Part shown: one piece after another, positions 12,981 to 25,472 of the stretch
Numbering within the stretch: the first letter of the stretch is position 1
Layout: each line of letters starts with the position of its first letter
Assembly: GCA_965644295.1 (NCBI GenBank)
Contig: CBFFRP010000362.1
Span: forward strand, 124,001-188,000
Direction: 5' to 3'
Origin: Paraphysomonas bandaiensis
Taxonomy: Eukaryota > Protista > Chrysophyceae
DNA: 64,000 bases
The notes under the pieces: generated by a model
The model's database searches: none
What the model was told of the DNA's origin: nothing
What the model saw: only the letters and a program-made list of their open reading frames with translations
Program-made: the position numbers and the translations under genes

Positions 12981-15065
12981 TCACGATATATTACAGCACA
13001 TATTTCCCGGATCAAAAACCGCTATTCTCCCCTAAAAATATAGTAAAAACGAGAGTTACCGCGCCAATATTGATAAACTGATATGTACTCTTACATGTTT
13101 TTCTTCAAATGTTTTGAAGCCAACCACTTCCTCTAGAAATGCATTCGAGCGAATATAGTCCCATCCCTCAAATATTTCCATGTCCAGTGATGTAAGCTGC
13201 AAGGAATCTCCACGTTTGTCTTCAAACTGTCCGATTTCATTCTGAGAGGCAACATGCAATTCTTTGTTCGGCACATACGGCGGTGGAACCTGATCGGCTA
13301 TGTGGGCTTCCCAATTGACATCAGCAAAAAAAGGGTGCTGCATGACTTCTTGTGGTCCTTGCGCGCCTAATCTCTGACGCTCATCTTTACATAGAAGTTT
13401 CTGAATAAAATCTATTGCGGTTTCGTCAAACAAAACGGGATTGAAAGTGGGTTCCATTTCTAACGTTGCAGTGTCCATTGCCTGTTCCCTGCTCTCAATT
13501 CCCTTCCATTTTCTTGCCTCTACAGATCTAAAAGGACATATACCGGAGAGGAATTCATACATCACACAACCGAATGAAAACCAGTCCACCGATAGCCTAT
13601 ATCGAATACGTCGGCCATGCTGATCTCGCCGAAGCATTTCTGGGGCCCAGTAACCTCTACTACCGCACGTCCCTGTCAATTTAGTTTTGTGTTAGAGTTA
13701 ATCGGTAATGCATATTGCGCACAACTGTTTCGTAAAGAGAGAGCATCACGGAATCTAGCACGCAACAAAAAAAGTGTAATACAATCATTATTCATCCCAA
13801 TTATAGTCTCATGGTCTACGCATACCAGTAATGCCGTTCTTGGAGACACGCACAGCCAGGCCAAGGTCAGATAGCTTCGTTTTTCCTGTACCATCCATCA
13901 GAATATTTTCTGGTTTCAGGTCCCTGAAAACAACTCCAAGGTCATGCAGTGCCTTAAGACCGAGCAGGGTTCGGACTCCGTAATACATTGCCTCTTGTTG
14001 TTTAAATGGCCCCCGTTTATATAACGCATAGCCAAGGTCACCCCCAGTCATGAGGTCTAGAATTAGGTACAGCTCTTCCGGCGACGAGAAGGCATACTTG
14101 AGTCCGACCACAAAAGGCGAGTCCAGCATAGTCAATGTCGCTCGTTCGGCGAGGATTAGCATTTCAGCTTTCATTAGCTTGATTCGTTTTCTGTCCATCA
14201 CTTTCATAGCATACAACTTTCCCGTCTGGCGGTGCTTGCATCCATTGACAACTCCAAACCCCCCTCTGCCCAGTACTCTGAACAGTGTGAAATCATCTGC
14301 AGATGCCGGCTGCTCACTGAGAATCATGAAATGCAGATACTCTGTGTACCGCGACGTTTGCTTGAAGTTATCAAAATGATTACATCGCATACATGAAAAC
14401 ACAATGTACTCCAGCTCATCAAAAAGTATCGGAGGATAGTCCTCTTTTCCTTCTTCACAGCTCTCAATAACCTCATGAACTGTCTCCAGAGGACTCCCCA
14501 CAATCTTGAGTATATTACACTCACTTTCTGCGTCAATATATTTTCTCCAGCGCAACGAATCATCGGTCATGGGTTGACTTCGACACAGATTACATGGCAC
14601 AGGAGGATTGCGTTCAACCGGGAACTTGCAACCTGAAGGTGACAAATATCTACTAACTATTACTGCAGCTATCTCCCGTCTTAACATTCGATGCGTTTTC
14701 TATATTGAAATAAGGTCATGATAAAACGGAAAAACAAAAATGATTTTCACCTTATATATCGCGACATCTATCAGGAACTCAGCAAATATAACTTTGCCTA
14801 TATCACGCAGGTACCGCGTAAACTGCACAAAATAAATAAGTATAAATATACAAGAGATATAAAAATAGACCATATAAAACCCCAGACAGTTGCTGCATAT
14901 GCCCTCTAGTTCCAAGCATCTGTCAGGCTTAGTAATAGCAGTTGAAACGTAAGTATCAACATCTTCTGCACTCGGTCGCTTCCAAAACTTCGTCGGCTTC
15001 GGGACCGTATCCTGCACCTCTTTGGAAAATATTGTATCGTCTACATGGTCCTGTAGCTCGTCCAT
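12981..15065 (-). CDS. G-protein-coupled receptor kinase (GRK)-like AGC kinase with N-terminal RGS-homology region
   Basis: Exons 15065-14871, 14822-14751, 14699-13826, 13672-13095, 13031-12981 (GT-AG, in frame). GRK hallmarks RVLGRGGFG, TGKLYAMK, DLMTGGDL, SDLGLA, GYWAPE; predicted C-terminus MCCNIS. Confidence 0.85.
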
Positions 15066-15877
15066 TTTTACCAATAAGACAACTCGTTAATGCATATATA
15101 TGAAAATCATTTCAAAAGCTGCATAGAAACCAAAATATGACCACAATTCAACTCTATGAATAGAGCATAGCGAGTGAGGTCTCCAATTGATACGGAAATA
15201 AAAGAAATGAAATATAAATGAATTTAATATCTCAATCTCATTATATTATGGTTCCATGAGCCTGTGAGGAGCTCGTAACTCGACACTATCATCCTGTGAG
15301 GGGATCGTAGAGAGATGATCCTCATTCCAGGCGTTTCGACTTCGATGAGTTCAAGTGACGCACCTCCTCCACTTTTCCCCTGAACTACAGGACGGTATAT
15401 TGTGGGATACGGTGGGATATATACATTGTAAATACAGAGTATTATGAGAGTAGGAATTCTTAGGAAAAAATAGAAACCTACCGTAAATGGGTTGCTGTGT
15501 ATATGTGGAATTGATGGTTGGTAGTTCACGGTATCCTTATTGCTATCAGAATATATAAACCACAAAAGATAATCCAATGATAGACCTTTATATGAAAATG
15601 ATTGGTTACATATGTGAGCTTTAGAGAGCCATTGATTTGGATTTTATATGAAGCTGTTAGAATCATATGTAATGGAAAGAAAAGATATTTACTGCATGTG
15701 GATATCATATCGTGTAGGTCACGTGAGGTTATCACTATATTATAGATAGGAGATACTGTAATCGATGTACACAAGTTTACTTCACCATACCATTAACTGA
15801 AGCTGAGTGTTTCATCTTCAGAGTTATCACACTCCTTATCGATCACAGGAGCCCTCTGAGGCCATAGGACAAATACC

Positions 15878-18800
15878 ATGCGATTTTCTAACCCTTCAAC
15901 CCAAACTCTAATTAACATTATTGTCGAGGAAATTTTGACTTGTGATAAGTGTGCGAAACCACTGGCCACTTCCAACCCAGAATCACTTCCGAAGACCCTA
16001 GAATGCACTCACACGTTCTGTGTCGCCTGTCTTGAACAAATGCGTATGGGGACTGGTTTATATAGTACAATTACTTGTCCTACATGTGGTATTGAAACAG
16101 CAATAGGGGTTTCTGGGGTAACTGGATTGAAGAATAATCATAAACTTATGTCGCTCCTAAACATATTGGAGACCTTGTGCTGTGAGTGTAAGGCTGAACC
16201 TGCTTCCGTGCGGTGTACAACTATTCAAGAAAGTCATATATATTTATGCAAGTCATGCTTCTCGGCTGCTTACGCTCATGCCGATCAGAAATTTAAAGAA
16301 ATTGCACCTTTTACAACGAAGCGGACAGCGACCATGGCATGTAACCCTTCCCACCATACCGAGAAGACATTATTTGAAGCACAATCCAGCCATAGAGTAT
16401 TGTTACACGGTGGACGAGAATGGAATAGTCAAAATCTGGAGGCGGCATTTGTCGAGGGTGAGCAGTTGGAAGACTCTTGGTCAGATGACCTCACGCTGGT
16501 CGTTTCCTTACCGCATTATGATTCGATGGATCTTTTCGAACAGAGGTAATATTATTTACGTATGTGTTAGTGCATGCACAAGATATTGTATATGACTTAA
16601 ATTCACTATTACATGCTGTCGTACATGTGCTTGATTCAATGCATGAATCTAATGTGTGGTGTAGACACGATGTAGTGCAAACAATTGCATCAGATACGGG
16701 CACAAACATTTTTCTACAAATGAAAAACAACGAGCCTAAAGTGGTCATAAGATGCTTGGATCATTCGTCCAAGAACCAACTAATCGCTGCTCGTGATCGT
16801 ATAATGCAGTTTTTGCATAACCCTCACCGAACACCATCTGGTGGTTTTCGAAGTGGCGGCATCACAATTCCAGAATGTCCTAATGATGCAATTGATGTTG
16901 TTGACACTGTTATGCTTCCAAAGTCACAGTATGCGAAATTAGCTGCTGTTGGTTTTGCGCCAATACAGCGCATATCCCATCGTGTGGGGTGTCGATATGA
17001 TGTCGCTGAAGATTTCCATATGGGTTCGATAACATTCCGTGGTAGCCGTATCCAAGTCGATGAGTCAAAAGAGTTACTCAATCGTGAGCTAAATAAACGT
17101 CCGAATAGTTTTACAGGAAGTTTATTCTCATCAGATTCCCTGTATGACACCAATTCCACTGATGTGAAGCGTCGCCCGCACAGTTTCAACGGTCGCACAT
17201 CACCTTTTCCAGTTCTTGAGCAAGACTCTACGTTCGGAAGTTCACGAATTCACTCGATTCGAAGTACCCCTGTAAATAGCGATTTGACATCAGTGTGTAT
17301 CAATTGCGAGTATGATAGTGTGGGACGTCTTATAGGGGTGAAGGGTAGTCGCATAACTGAGCTTCGCGAAATTACTGGTTGTCGTATCTATGTCCGCAAA
17401 GGGTCGGATGCGTCAACACCATGTGTAGTGGAGATACTGGGAATGGCGAGCGATGTGGCAATAGCAGTCCCATGCGTAAAAATGGTTCTAAGCAGTGGTG
17501 ATCATGCAATGGAAAAAGTACGTGTTATGATGATGCAAAGTAACTCAGCTTTTGGTGCGAATGAGAATGGAGATCGGCATCGACATGCTCCCGTTAGAAG
17601 ACATACATTATCTTGTGCTGCATCTTCACTTGTATCGTCAACTTCTCCCCTTCCTTTGTCGTCGAAGAAGTGTACAGAGTCTTTGATGAGCGAAATGGCT
17701 TGTCAGGGTGCTAATTTAGAGTCCTTTCGTGACGGCACGTTGAGTGTAGTGAAGACTCAACTGGAAGAACCTGCTAGTAACGCGAGTTCAGATCGGCTTC
17801 ATGATGATTACTCAATAGCAATTCCAACCTCTGCATGGGTGCATGGTAATGGGGATTCAGATATTCCAAAGGAGTCTACTTACATGGATCATCACGTGGT
17901 GCAAACGGCAACTCCGGCTCTATCGGTAATATATCCTCAATATTTTATTTCCTCCCCTGGGAAGAAGGCTACAGAGAGTATTGTATGCCCGAGTGACAAG
18001 GTCACGTTTTTTCGCGGTCGACTTTTGACTGAAATTGCCTCCCAGTCTCGGTGCAAAATTACACTTGACGAATCACCGCAGCTACACAGCCCAATGCTTC
18101 ACCTGTATGCTACGAAAGAGCAACGAGAGTTGGCCAAGCTTTTACTTAAGTCCAGTATGAACTTGGCGCATACGTGGTATCCTGGTATGGATCGTTCAGA
18201 TGGGCTTGACTGTACAATGCATAGCATTGAATGCCCTCCACCAATTATTTCCGTGATTATCGGTCCAGGTGGTTCAACAATTGAAGATATTCAGGCGCAG
18301 ACGGGCACAAAGATATTAATAAGCGAATATTCCGAAGAGGTTAGAAAGATGCTCTTGAAATATAGTAATATAGTCACTTTTTCACAGGAATGCTTGTCTT
18401 CCATATATATTATTGGATCCCGGACAGGAGTAGACAGTGCCGCTCATCTGTTGGACAGGATATTAGTGACACAACGATGTCAGTATAGGCAGCACCTGGC
18501 AAACCTCTCGTCGCCCACACGCGTTGACTCAACATCCCCTAATGCGTATGACGCCAAAGCACTAGACGAGGTAGACTCTCATATTAATGAAATGTGTCCC
18601 AACGTAGTACCGACTTATCCACCTTCGTCCCGAGAAGCTGAGCAGACGTCAGTAAACTGCGGGCACCCTGGTGCACTTCTTACAGAAAATGTGCCACAGA
18701 TCAATTCTAATTACTCTGCAACTGCTGAGGCGGCCACTGGGGTGTCTCAATGTACTCTTATGTCGCCCAATCAAAATGATGTGCCTGCCCCGCCTGGAAT

Positions 18801-19446
18801 CACCAGGACACAAGACACCTCACAGCTTGCGCCTCGTGCTTCAAATGCTACAGATGAACCTTCTCTTGGGTATGTTGAGAGTGTGTTCACATGCCCGATG
18901 GATAAAGTTGCCAAGATTATTGGTAGAAAAGGCACCGTCCTACGAGAAATTAGGAAACTTAGTGAATGTGAAATAATCATAGACCAAGATACGAAATCTC
19001 GTTCGAAAAAAAGTTCGACTGGATCTATCTCTGACCAGACTGATTTCTCACCCTACGCAAGCTCTGATAGTTCCCTTCAGGTGATCAAAATTATTGGCAC
19101 ACCAATACAAATTGCAACTGCTCGCAAGCTAATTTCCGATGTAATTGACATTGGTCCAGCTGTTGCATTAGGCATGAAAACAGTAACAGTTGAGTGCCCA
19201 GTTGATAAGGTCCCCTTAATCATAGGGATTAAAGGCCTCACATCAAAGGAAATGATGCGACGGTCAGGGTGTAAGATTCACGTCAATGAAGATACAGCGG
19301 AAAACTTAACAACATGCACGATTGAGTTGACTGGAACAGATGAGCAGCTTGCGCAGGCACAAAAATTAATATCACATGTACTTGAGTTCGGTACGAAGGC
19401 TCTGGGAAAGCGATTCCAGCGTGCTCTAAAGGAACCCAAGGAATAA
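15878..19446 (+). CDS. RING + B-box-like + multiple KH-domain protein (putative RNA-binding E3 ligase)
   Basis: RING CDKC...CTHTFCVAC...CPTC; B-box-like CCEC...C...CKSC; KH GxxG loops IGVKG, IGPGG, IGRKG, IGIKG. Frame-restoring intron predicted at 16546-16664. Confidence 0.8.
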
Positions 19447-20079
19447 ATCAGAAGCTCCTAAAATAAGCGAAATGGCGTGTACAGCGTCATATTTTATGTC
19501 GTTAATTTGTCGATCCTCAGATATGACAAAGGATGCTTTTTTCATCTTTAAGTTGCGATTCATCGCCCTGATTTCCAAATAATTTCACTATCTCTGAGGC
19601 GTTTCATTGTCTCATTTGGATGAAGAATATATATTATGCTCAATTCTGAAATGACTTTAAACATCACCTACAACTCTTGTTGCCCTAAATGCTTTTCGTT
19701 AACTGATGCGTGGTGGTGTCTGTCAACAAATAATATTAAATGAGTATTGATTCAATGGTAATAAAAATATAGTATGAATATCAACGATATCCTTGTAGTC
19801 GTCAGATAACTATATGTAGTTATCTTGCGTTAGCACAAGGTATATGTACTTTTTCTGTAAGATATTAAGCACTCCAGTCGTTGCTAGAAACACAACTGTC
19901 TGACGACGATCTCCTGCGACGTACGAAGTGTTGTAGAGTTGAAACAAGGCAGGGGAATAACATACTAATTGGTTGACCGTCCAAAACAACAGGGTCCAAT
20001 AACACTATAATGCCAGAAAAAATGAAATATAACAATACCTTAAAGACCAATAATAAATATATTGCAATTTCAATATATG

Positions 20080-20476
20080 TCGCACCTCTTCGTGGTGTTC
20101 TGGGGGATAAGTACCGGAGATACTTCTCCGAGAAACTAACGCTTATATATAATCAGCAGATATTGTTCTGCCCACTCATAGACAAATGCTTGTGTAGACG
20201 TTTTTGGGCGTTGACGAGTAAATAGGCATCTGGGAATGGGCTCACCTCAAGGGCACCCGGAGTATTGGGCTTCCTGTTGAAATCAAGCATCCCGGCTGTT
20301 CACCTATAGGACAGAGAGGAAAAGTGGTTGCAACTTGGTGCTTGCGGTGACGCACAAGCAGCTTTCGTAGCGCCAAAGAGTAGGATATCAGAGTTAAGCA
20401 CTAGATAGTTAAATTGTTTTGCAACATTAGTTCTGACTCCTACACACCTATTGCTAATAATCAGACATTCACTACT
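20080..20476 (+). mobile_element. SINE/SIDE-like copy 2 (slightly 5'-truncated)
   Basis: Aligns with 54241-54617 and ends CTATTGCTAATAATCAGACATTCACTACT like the LINE tail. Confidence 0.75.
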
Positions 20477-20647
20477 ATATCAATTTTACAATATATTGAT
20501 AAATTTTGAGCGCTATGAAGAAAACGTTAGCTCAATTGGTAGTAACTAGTTAGTTGAGGTTACAACATGATATATAATGTCTGATTATTGAGCAATAGAC
20601 ATGTTAGTGTTGAAACTCAACAGAAATCTATCTTGTACTTAATACTA

Positions 20648-21043
20648 ATATCCTACTATTCGACGCTACGGAGGCTGCTTGTGCGTCGCCGCAAGCACCA
20701 AGGTGCGACCACCTCCGCTTGAACTCAACCACTCAAAACAAACGCAGCGAGAAAAAGCAAAATGTTCATATACCTGACATCTGCTGACGTCAGGATATTT
20801 GAGTCCTTAAGGTGAACACCCCGATGTATGACTTTAGGAGGCAGCCCAATACCCCGGTTGCCTGTTTATTCGTCAAGTCCCAAAGACGTCTACAAAAGTT
20901 GCACTAATTCGTGTCCCTTGTACCACACAAGCATTTGTCTATGAGTGGGCAGAACAATATCTACTGAGTATATATACGGCTCATGTTAGTTTCCTAGGGA
21001 AATATCTCTAGTACTTATCCCCCAGAACACTTTGTTGAGGGGG
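20648..21043 (-). mobile_element. SINE/SIDE-like copy 3 (inverted; internal indels, no tail)
   Basis: Same sequence as 10794-11178 with a ~80-bp insert near 20720-20800; same 5' end CCCTCAACAAAG. Confidence 0.75.
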
Positions 21044-21069
21044 TTACAACATGATAATGAAAACCCAAT

Positions 21070-21480
21070 AACATTGCAGCAACTAGTACTCTAAGTATTA
21101 CAACTCTTCGTCAATGTCGTCCTCATTCTCGTCATGATCGGACGGCCCATCATCAATGATCTGTTGCACTGTCTTTGCGGTCCACAAGTAACAGCAGTAG
21201 TAAGCTGTCGTCGTAACATCTTGCTCGCTCTGTGACTTTCAAATGCAGCAGCAGCGCTTCTTACATTTGCCACTTAGACGGCACTATCCAGTGATTCAGC
21301 TTCTGCTGCATCCTTTCCAAATCTCGCAACTGCTGCTTCTCTTGACGAGTCAGAGATTCTTCGTAACCATTCTGAATCTTTACAAGCCTTTTGAAGGTAG
21401 GGATTTGAACAATACATATCAATAATTGTAATAGAAGTGTTGGGACGGGCAAAGTATTGCAATTATATTGATGAGACTTT
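21070..21480 (-). pseudogene. hAT-like transposase fragment
   Basis: PTFKRLVKIQNGYEESLTRQEK resembles AFEKTVVKIQCGNQAALTRTEK (55623-56072) and NFENGIAKFQAGEEFELTRYEK (53878-54147). Confidence 0.5.
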
Positions 21481-22189
21481 GCCTTACAATAGCTAATATA
21501 TTGCTCCCTATCTCCGACTTGAAGTACTTCGCCATAAGGTTTTACTAATATAGGCCTATATTAATACTTGGTAAGCATTGTGATGCTTAAAATATTTTCT
21601 CAATGAAAATTAGAATGAATTTCGAAATGATATTGAAAGCAGATAGATATAATAAAACATAGTGTAGGAGCATTCGATTTATTTCAATGCTACTATCCAT
21701 AATGTGAAATTTTGAAGTTCTCATAAACGAAAGTAATAAATAATGCATTGCGATAATATTGTATGTTAAAATATGCATAGTTGAGAACAAATATATAATA
21801 ACGTTGACAACATTTAGGTCAGAAATACTGTTGTAATATATGCTTCCCTATCTTTGGGAAGCTAGACTAGAACTTGCATATCTTATACTACACTCTCGAT
21901 AGACTACCACATACATTCTTTTTAGTCGAACAATAAGTTAAACGTTTACTTTTATTATAAGAAACAAAATTCCAATCAAGACCTTCTTTACACAGTTTTG
22001 CCAAGTTCCTGGCGGAAAAGATCATCAGTACGAAATGTACTTATCTTACAAAGGTGGGCTAATAGATGTTTAATAAGAGCAGATAAACTACTTCTATCCA
22101 AATCATCCCAAAATCCAAATATATTCTACAACACTTAAGTATCATAAGTTTATCATATATTCAAATGTTTATAATGCCATGATGTGAAG

Positions 22190-22680
22190 CTATTTCTGTT
22201 TCTTCTTCTTTATCCCACTGCGTGTTTTTGAACTATTGTCGACAGGCTTTTTATCACATTCTTCCTCTGAGTCGCTATCATCATCCAGGGCAGTCACAAG
22301 TAATCCCTTAGCAGCTAATCTTCTACGTCGAATAAACACTGCGCAGACGCCACAGCAGTTTATCGCAAACACGACACAAAACATAGTGACCGCATTGTCA
22401 TTCCCGCCCCCATTAATAGTGAAATGCAACCACATTGCAGTAGTAATTCCAGCGAATATATTCAGAATCCCAAGGAAAATATCTGGATCACTGAAGACAA
22501 GAAAACAACATCGATTAGCTGATGGATCCTATAGCTCCATGCATGTGCATGTGTGTGTATGTATGTGTATATATGTGTATTCACTCACCCGAAGAGAGCG
22601 CCTAGAAACAGCAGCACACTAACGATAACCGTCAGGCTTGTAGCCCAGTTTACAGCGGTTTGAGGGTTCATTGGTAGCGA
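22190..22680 (-). pseudogene. Possible small membrane-protein gene fragment or pseudogene
   Basis: Hydrophobic segments followed by RRRR and an acidic/basic tail; plausible intron ~22529-22588, but the upstream frame contains a TAG. Confidence 0.3.
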
Positions 22681-22804
22681 GCTAGTACATCTATGCTAGC
22701 TCATGGCCTGCTTATCCTTTAATAGATGTGTATACATAGATGACATATATCCATATCATTCATTTATATATACTAAAATAACGGTGCGTCTACCATCAAA
22801 GGTA

Positions 22805-22908
22805 GCGGGTTTAGCTCAGTTGGCTAGAGCGTCGGTCTCATAATCAAATCATCAATACGACGATAAGCTATCCGGAGGTCGTGAGTTCGAGCCTCACAAC
22901 CCGCACCA
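22805..22908 (+). tRNA. tRNA-Met (CAT), elongator type, with 27-nt intron and genomic CCA
   Basis: Acceptor stem GCGGGTT/AACCCGC, D-arm, anticodon CAT 22839-22841, canonical intron 22843-22869, U31-U39 pair typical of elongator Met, T-arm GTGAG-TTCGAGC-CTCAC, then A-CCA. Confidence 0.92.
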
Positions 22909-22912
22909 CTTC

Positions 22913-22920
22913 TTTTTTTT
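22913..22920 (+). terminator. RNA polymerase III terminator (T8)
   Basis: T-run immediately downstream of the tRNA. Confidence 0.75.
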
Positions 22921-23103
22921 GATGGTCTATACTTTTCAGTTTTTGAGTATGTGTGTCTAGATATACGACACAGGCCATACTGGTATTAACAACAGAGTGC
23001 GTACACTATACACACTCTAAGTGAGTATTCACAACACATCTAGTGATTGTGTAGCAGACGATAAACGTGTTTTGTTTTTCTACCCTGAGAGCCTGTTTTA
23101 AAC

Positions 23104-24251
23104 ATGCTGCTCATTGTCCTGACCATCATTGTCGTTGTATATAAAGCACTTGAAAAGTTTCCACTTGTGTTTAATAAACGCCGTAGATTTCTAGGTAAGA
23201 AAGGGTTCGCACAGGTGATTGCTCATAGAGGCTCTAGAGAGGAAGGCCTCACAGAGAATACTATCGCAGCGTTTGATGATGCAGCTAAAGTAGGAGCTGA
23301 TATTATCGAACTGGATGTGTGGTTGACGAAAGATGAAGAAGTTGTTGTCTTTCATGATGATACACTGACAAGGATGACCAATGGGGCATCCGACAAGTGC
23401 ATATCAGAACTTAATTATAGTGATTTACCTGACTTGGTGCCGTCATCTGAGCAGTCTTACCGTGTCACTGAATACGATGAACATAAATGGAAAAAAATTC
23501 CACTTCTGAGAGATGTCTTAGCAGCTCTACCACCAGATGTCTCTCTCATCATTGAATTTAAAATGAAGTCTGATACTCTGATAAAGAAAGTTATGCAGAT
23601 GCTGGTGGAGAGTAATCATGAAAAGAAAGTGTTTTGGTTCAGCCTAATTGAATCTATAAATGTCAAATTGCGTGAATTCAATCCTAATATTCCTACAATT
23701 ACGAGTGTGCTGGGCATTTTGAAAGTCCTTATTCTTTATTACACCGGGGTTTTACCGTTTGTATCTCTGGATGACGATGTGTTCGGAATCACAATGGAGG
23801 CGGTAAGGCTGCGACGTCTATATCGTATATACACATTATCACTTGAATCATCGAGCATTTTCACCTTTGCTAAGTTGCTATAAATTTTCAGATAACGCTG
23901 AAGGTAATTAGAGAGGAGCGTGCTCTTGCTAGTGTTCCTGATTGGATAAAGGTATGAGTTGCTTACACTATTCTGTTCACGCACTCAGTGCTTACTTTTC
24001 GTTTCTTGAAATGCTGTTAGGTCATTTTGTCATACGTGTTTGCTGGTGTTCCTCCAAAGATAATGCTTGCCCCTGGGTTATTCACTCACTTGCGTAAAAG
24101 AGGGGTACCAGTATGGTTTTTGGGGGTCAATCACGAAGAGCATGTTGAGATGGCCCGCACGTATGGTGCTACGGCGGTGCTGACGGACAGAGTGGACTGG
24201 TTAATGTCTTACATGAAAAAAAATAAAATATCATTCAGTAGAATAGAATAA
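23104..24251 (+). CDS. Glycerophosphodiester phosphodiesterase (GDPD1/GDPD3-like lysophospholipase D)
   Basis: IAHRG...ENT, IELDVWLTKD, VVFHD, IEFK, VLTD motifs with N-terminal TM; introns 23803-23890 and 23952-24020. Confidence 0.88.
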
Positions 24252-24326
24252 TATATCTCATCTGCTATGTCTAGCAGGAATAAATAACTTTGAATATTTT
24301 TAGCCTACCACATTTTTAGATAGTTG

Positions 24327-25472
24327 TAACTAGGGCTGTAGTATGTGATTTCATGCACCTGCTGAATAGCACACAGTATCTATTGAACTATAAAGGAAGT
24401 ACACCTCCTAGAAACAATTGTAGAATAAATTTAAAATTCCCCTAACAGAATAGCGTCGGTACAGATTTAAATACCCTAGTAAGTTCTACCCTGAGAGCAC
24501 TTCGGTTTTCTTTGGCTGCAGAAAACAGCACCCATGCCGATGTTTATTAAGATTTATGGATCGTCTTTGGACCACCCACTCCGGAAACTTATCGTTTCAC
24601 CTACATCTCTTCAGAGTTTCCCTATACATGTTCTTCATTTGATTTGATTTATATGATATTACCCAGTGCACATTATTACTCACTTATGAGGACAAAGTAG
24701 GACCATTGCGCAAAACCGATACTGTTTCTATTTTGACATGTGCTTTGATTTCACCATATTAACGTAATATCATGATAAGTTTAGGCTGCATATGCTCATC
24801 AATCCAGTCATTTAACCCGTTCCATTTTATCTCTCAATCTAGTAATTCCTATATCATTGGTAGTAAATAATATAATATTACAATCTAATAATGTGACTTT
24901 GTGTGTTCTTTGAACGAGTAAATGTTTAATATATAGATGTATCGGGCATCGTATTACCTGAAGAGGTCCTTTAACATGCTTCTACAATATTGTACTGGGT
25001 TCTCACCGCATATTCAGCGCTGAATACGGTGTGATAATGATGTAGCTAGGTGGGTTCAGTAGGTAGCTAGCAAATAACGTATAGGACGTAATCAAGTATT
25101 AGTTAGGTACCCATCCGGCCCCCACCTGGATCTACCTAAGTACGCGCTCAGAATGGAGCATGTAGGAGCCATAAACTAGGCGTATGTCCGAGGTTGTGAT
25201 GATAGAACGATCGATATGCTGTCCTCAACGGGGTGTATGTGGAACTACTATCGTCTGCTTTCACGTCAACCCCCAAAGCCACTTTCTCTATGTATCTACT
25301 TCTTGGCTTCTCGATGCTCTGTACATACTTCATAGTAAAGATACCATACTGTACGATGTGAGACGGACTGCTGTATTCTCAGGTCTACGTGGCCACACCA
25401 CACGGACATGCATGCAGAAACTGGCCGTCTCTTGTCCAAAAAATTAAAGAACGTTTCTGTAGGCATCAAAGT
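24327..25472 (+). repeat. Duplicated segment X, copy 1 (resumes at 28312-28357 after the foldback)
   Basis: Near-identical to 38918-40213, with three small deletions in this copy. Confidence 0.85.
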
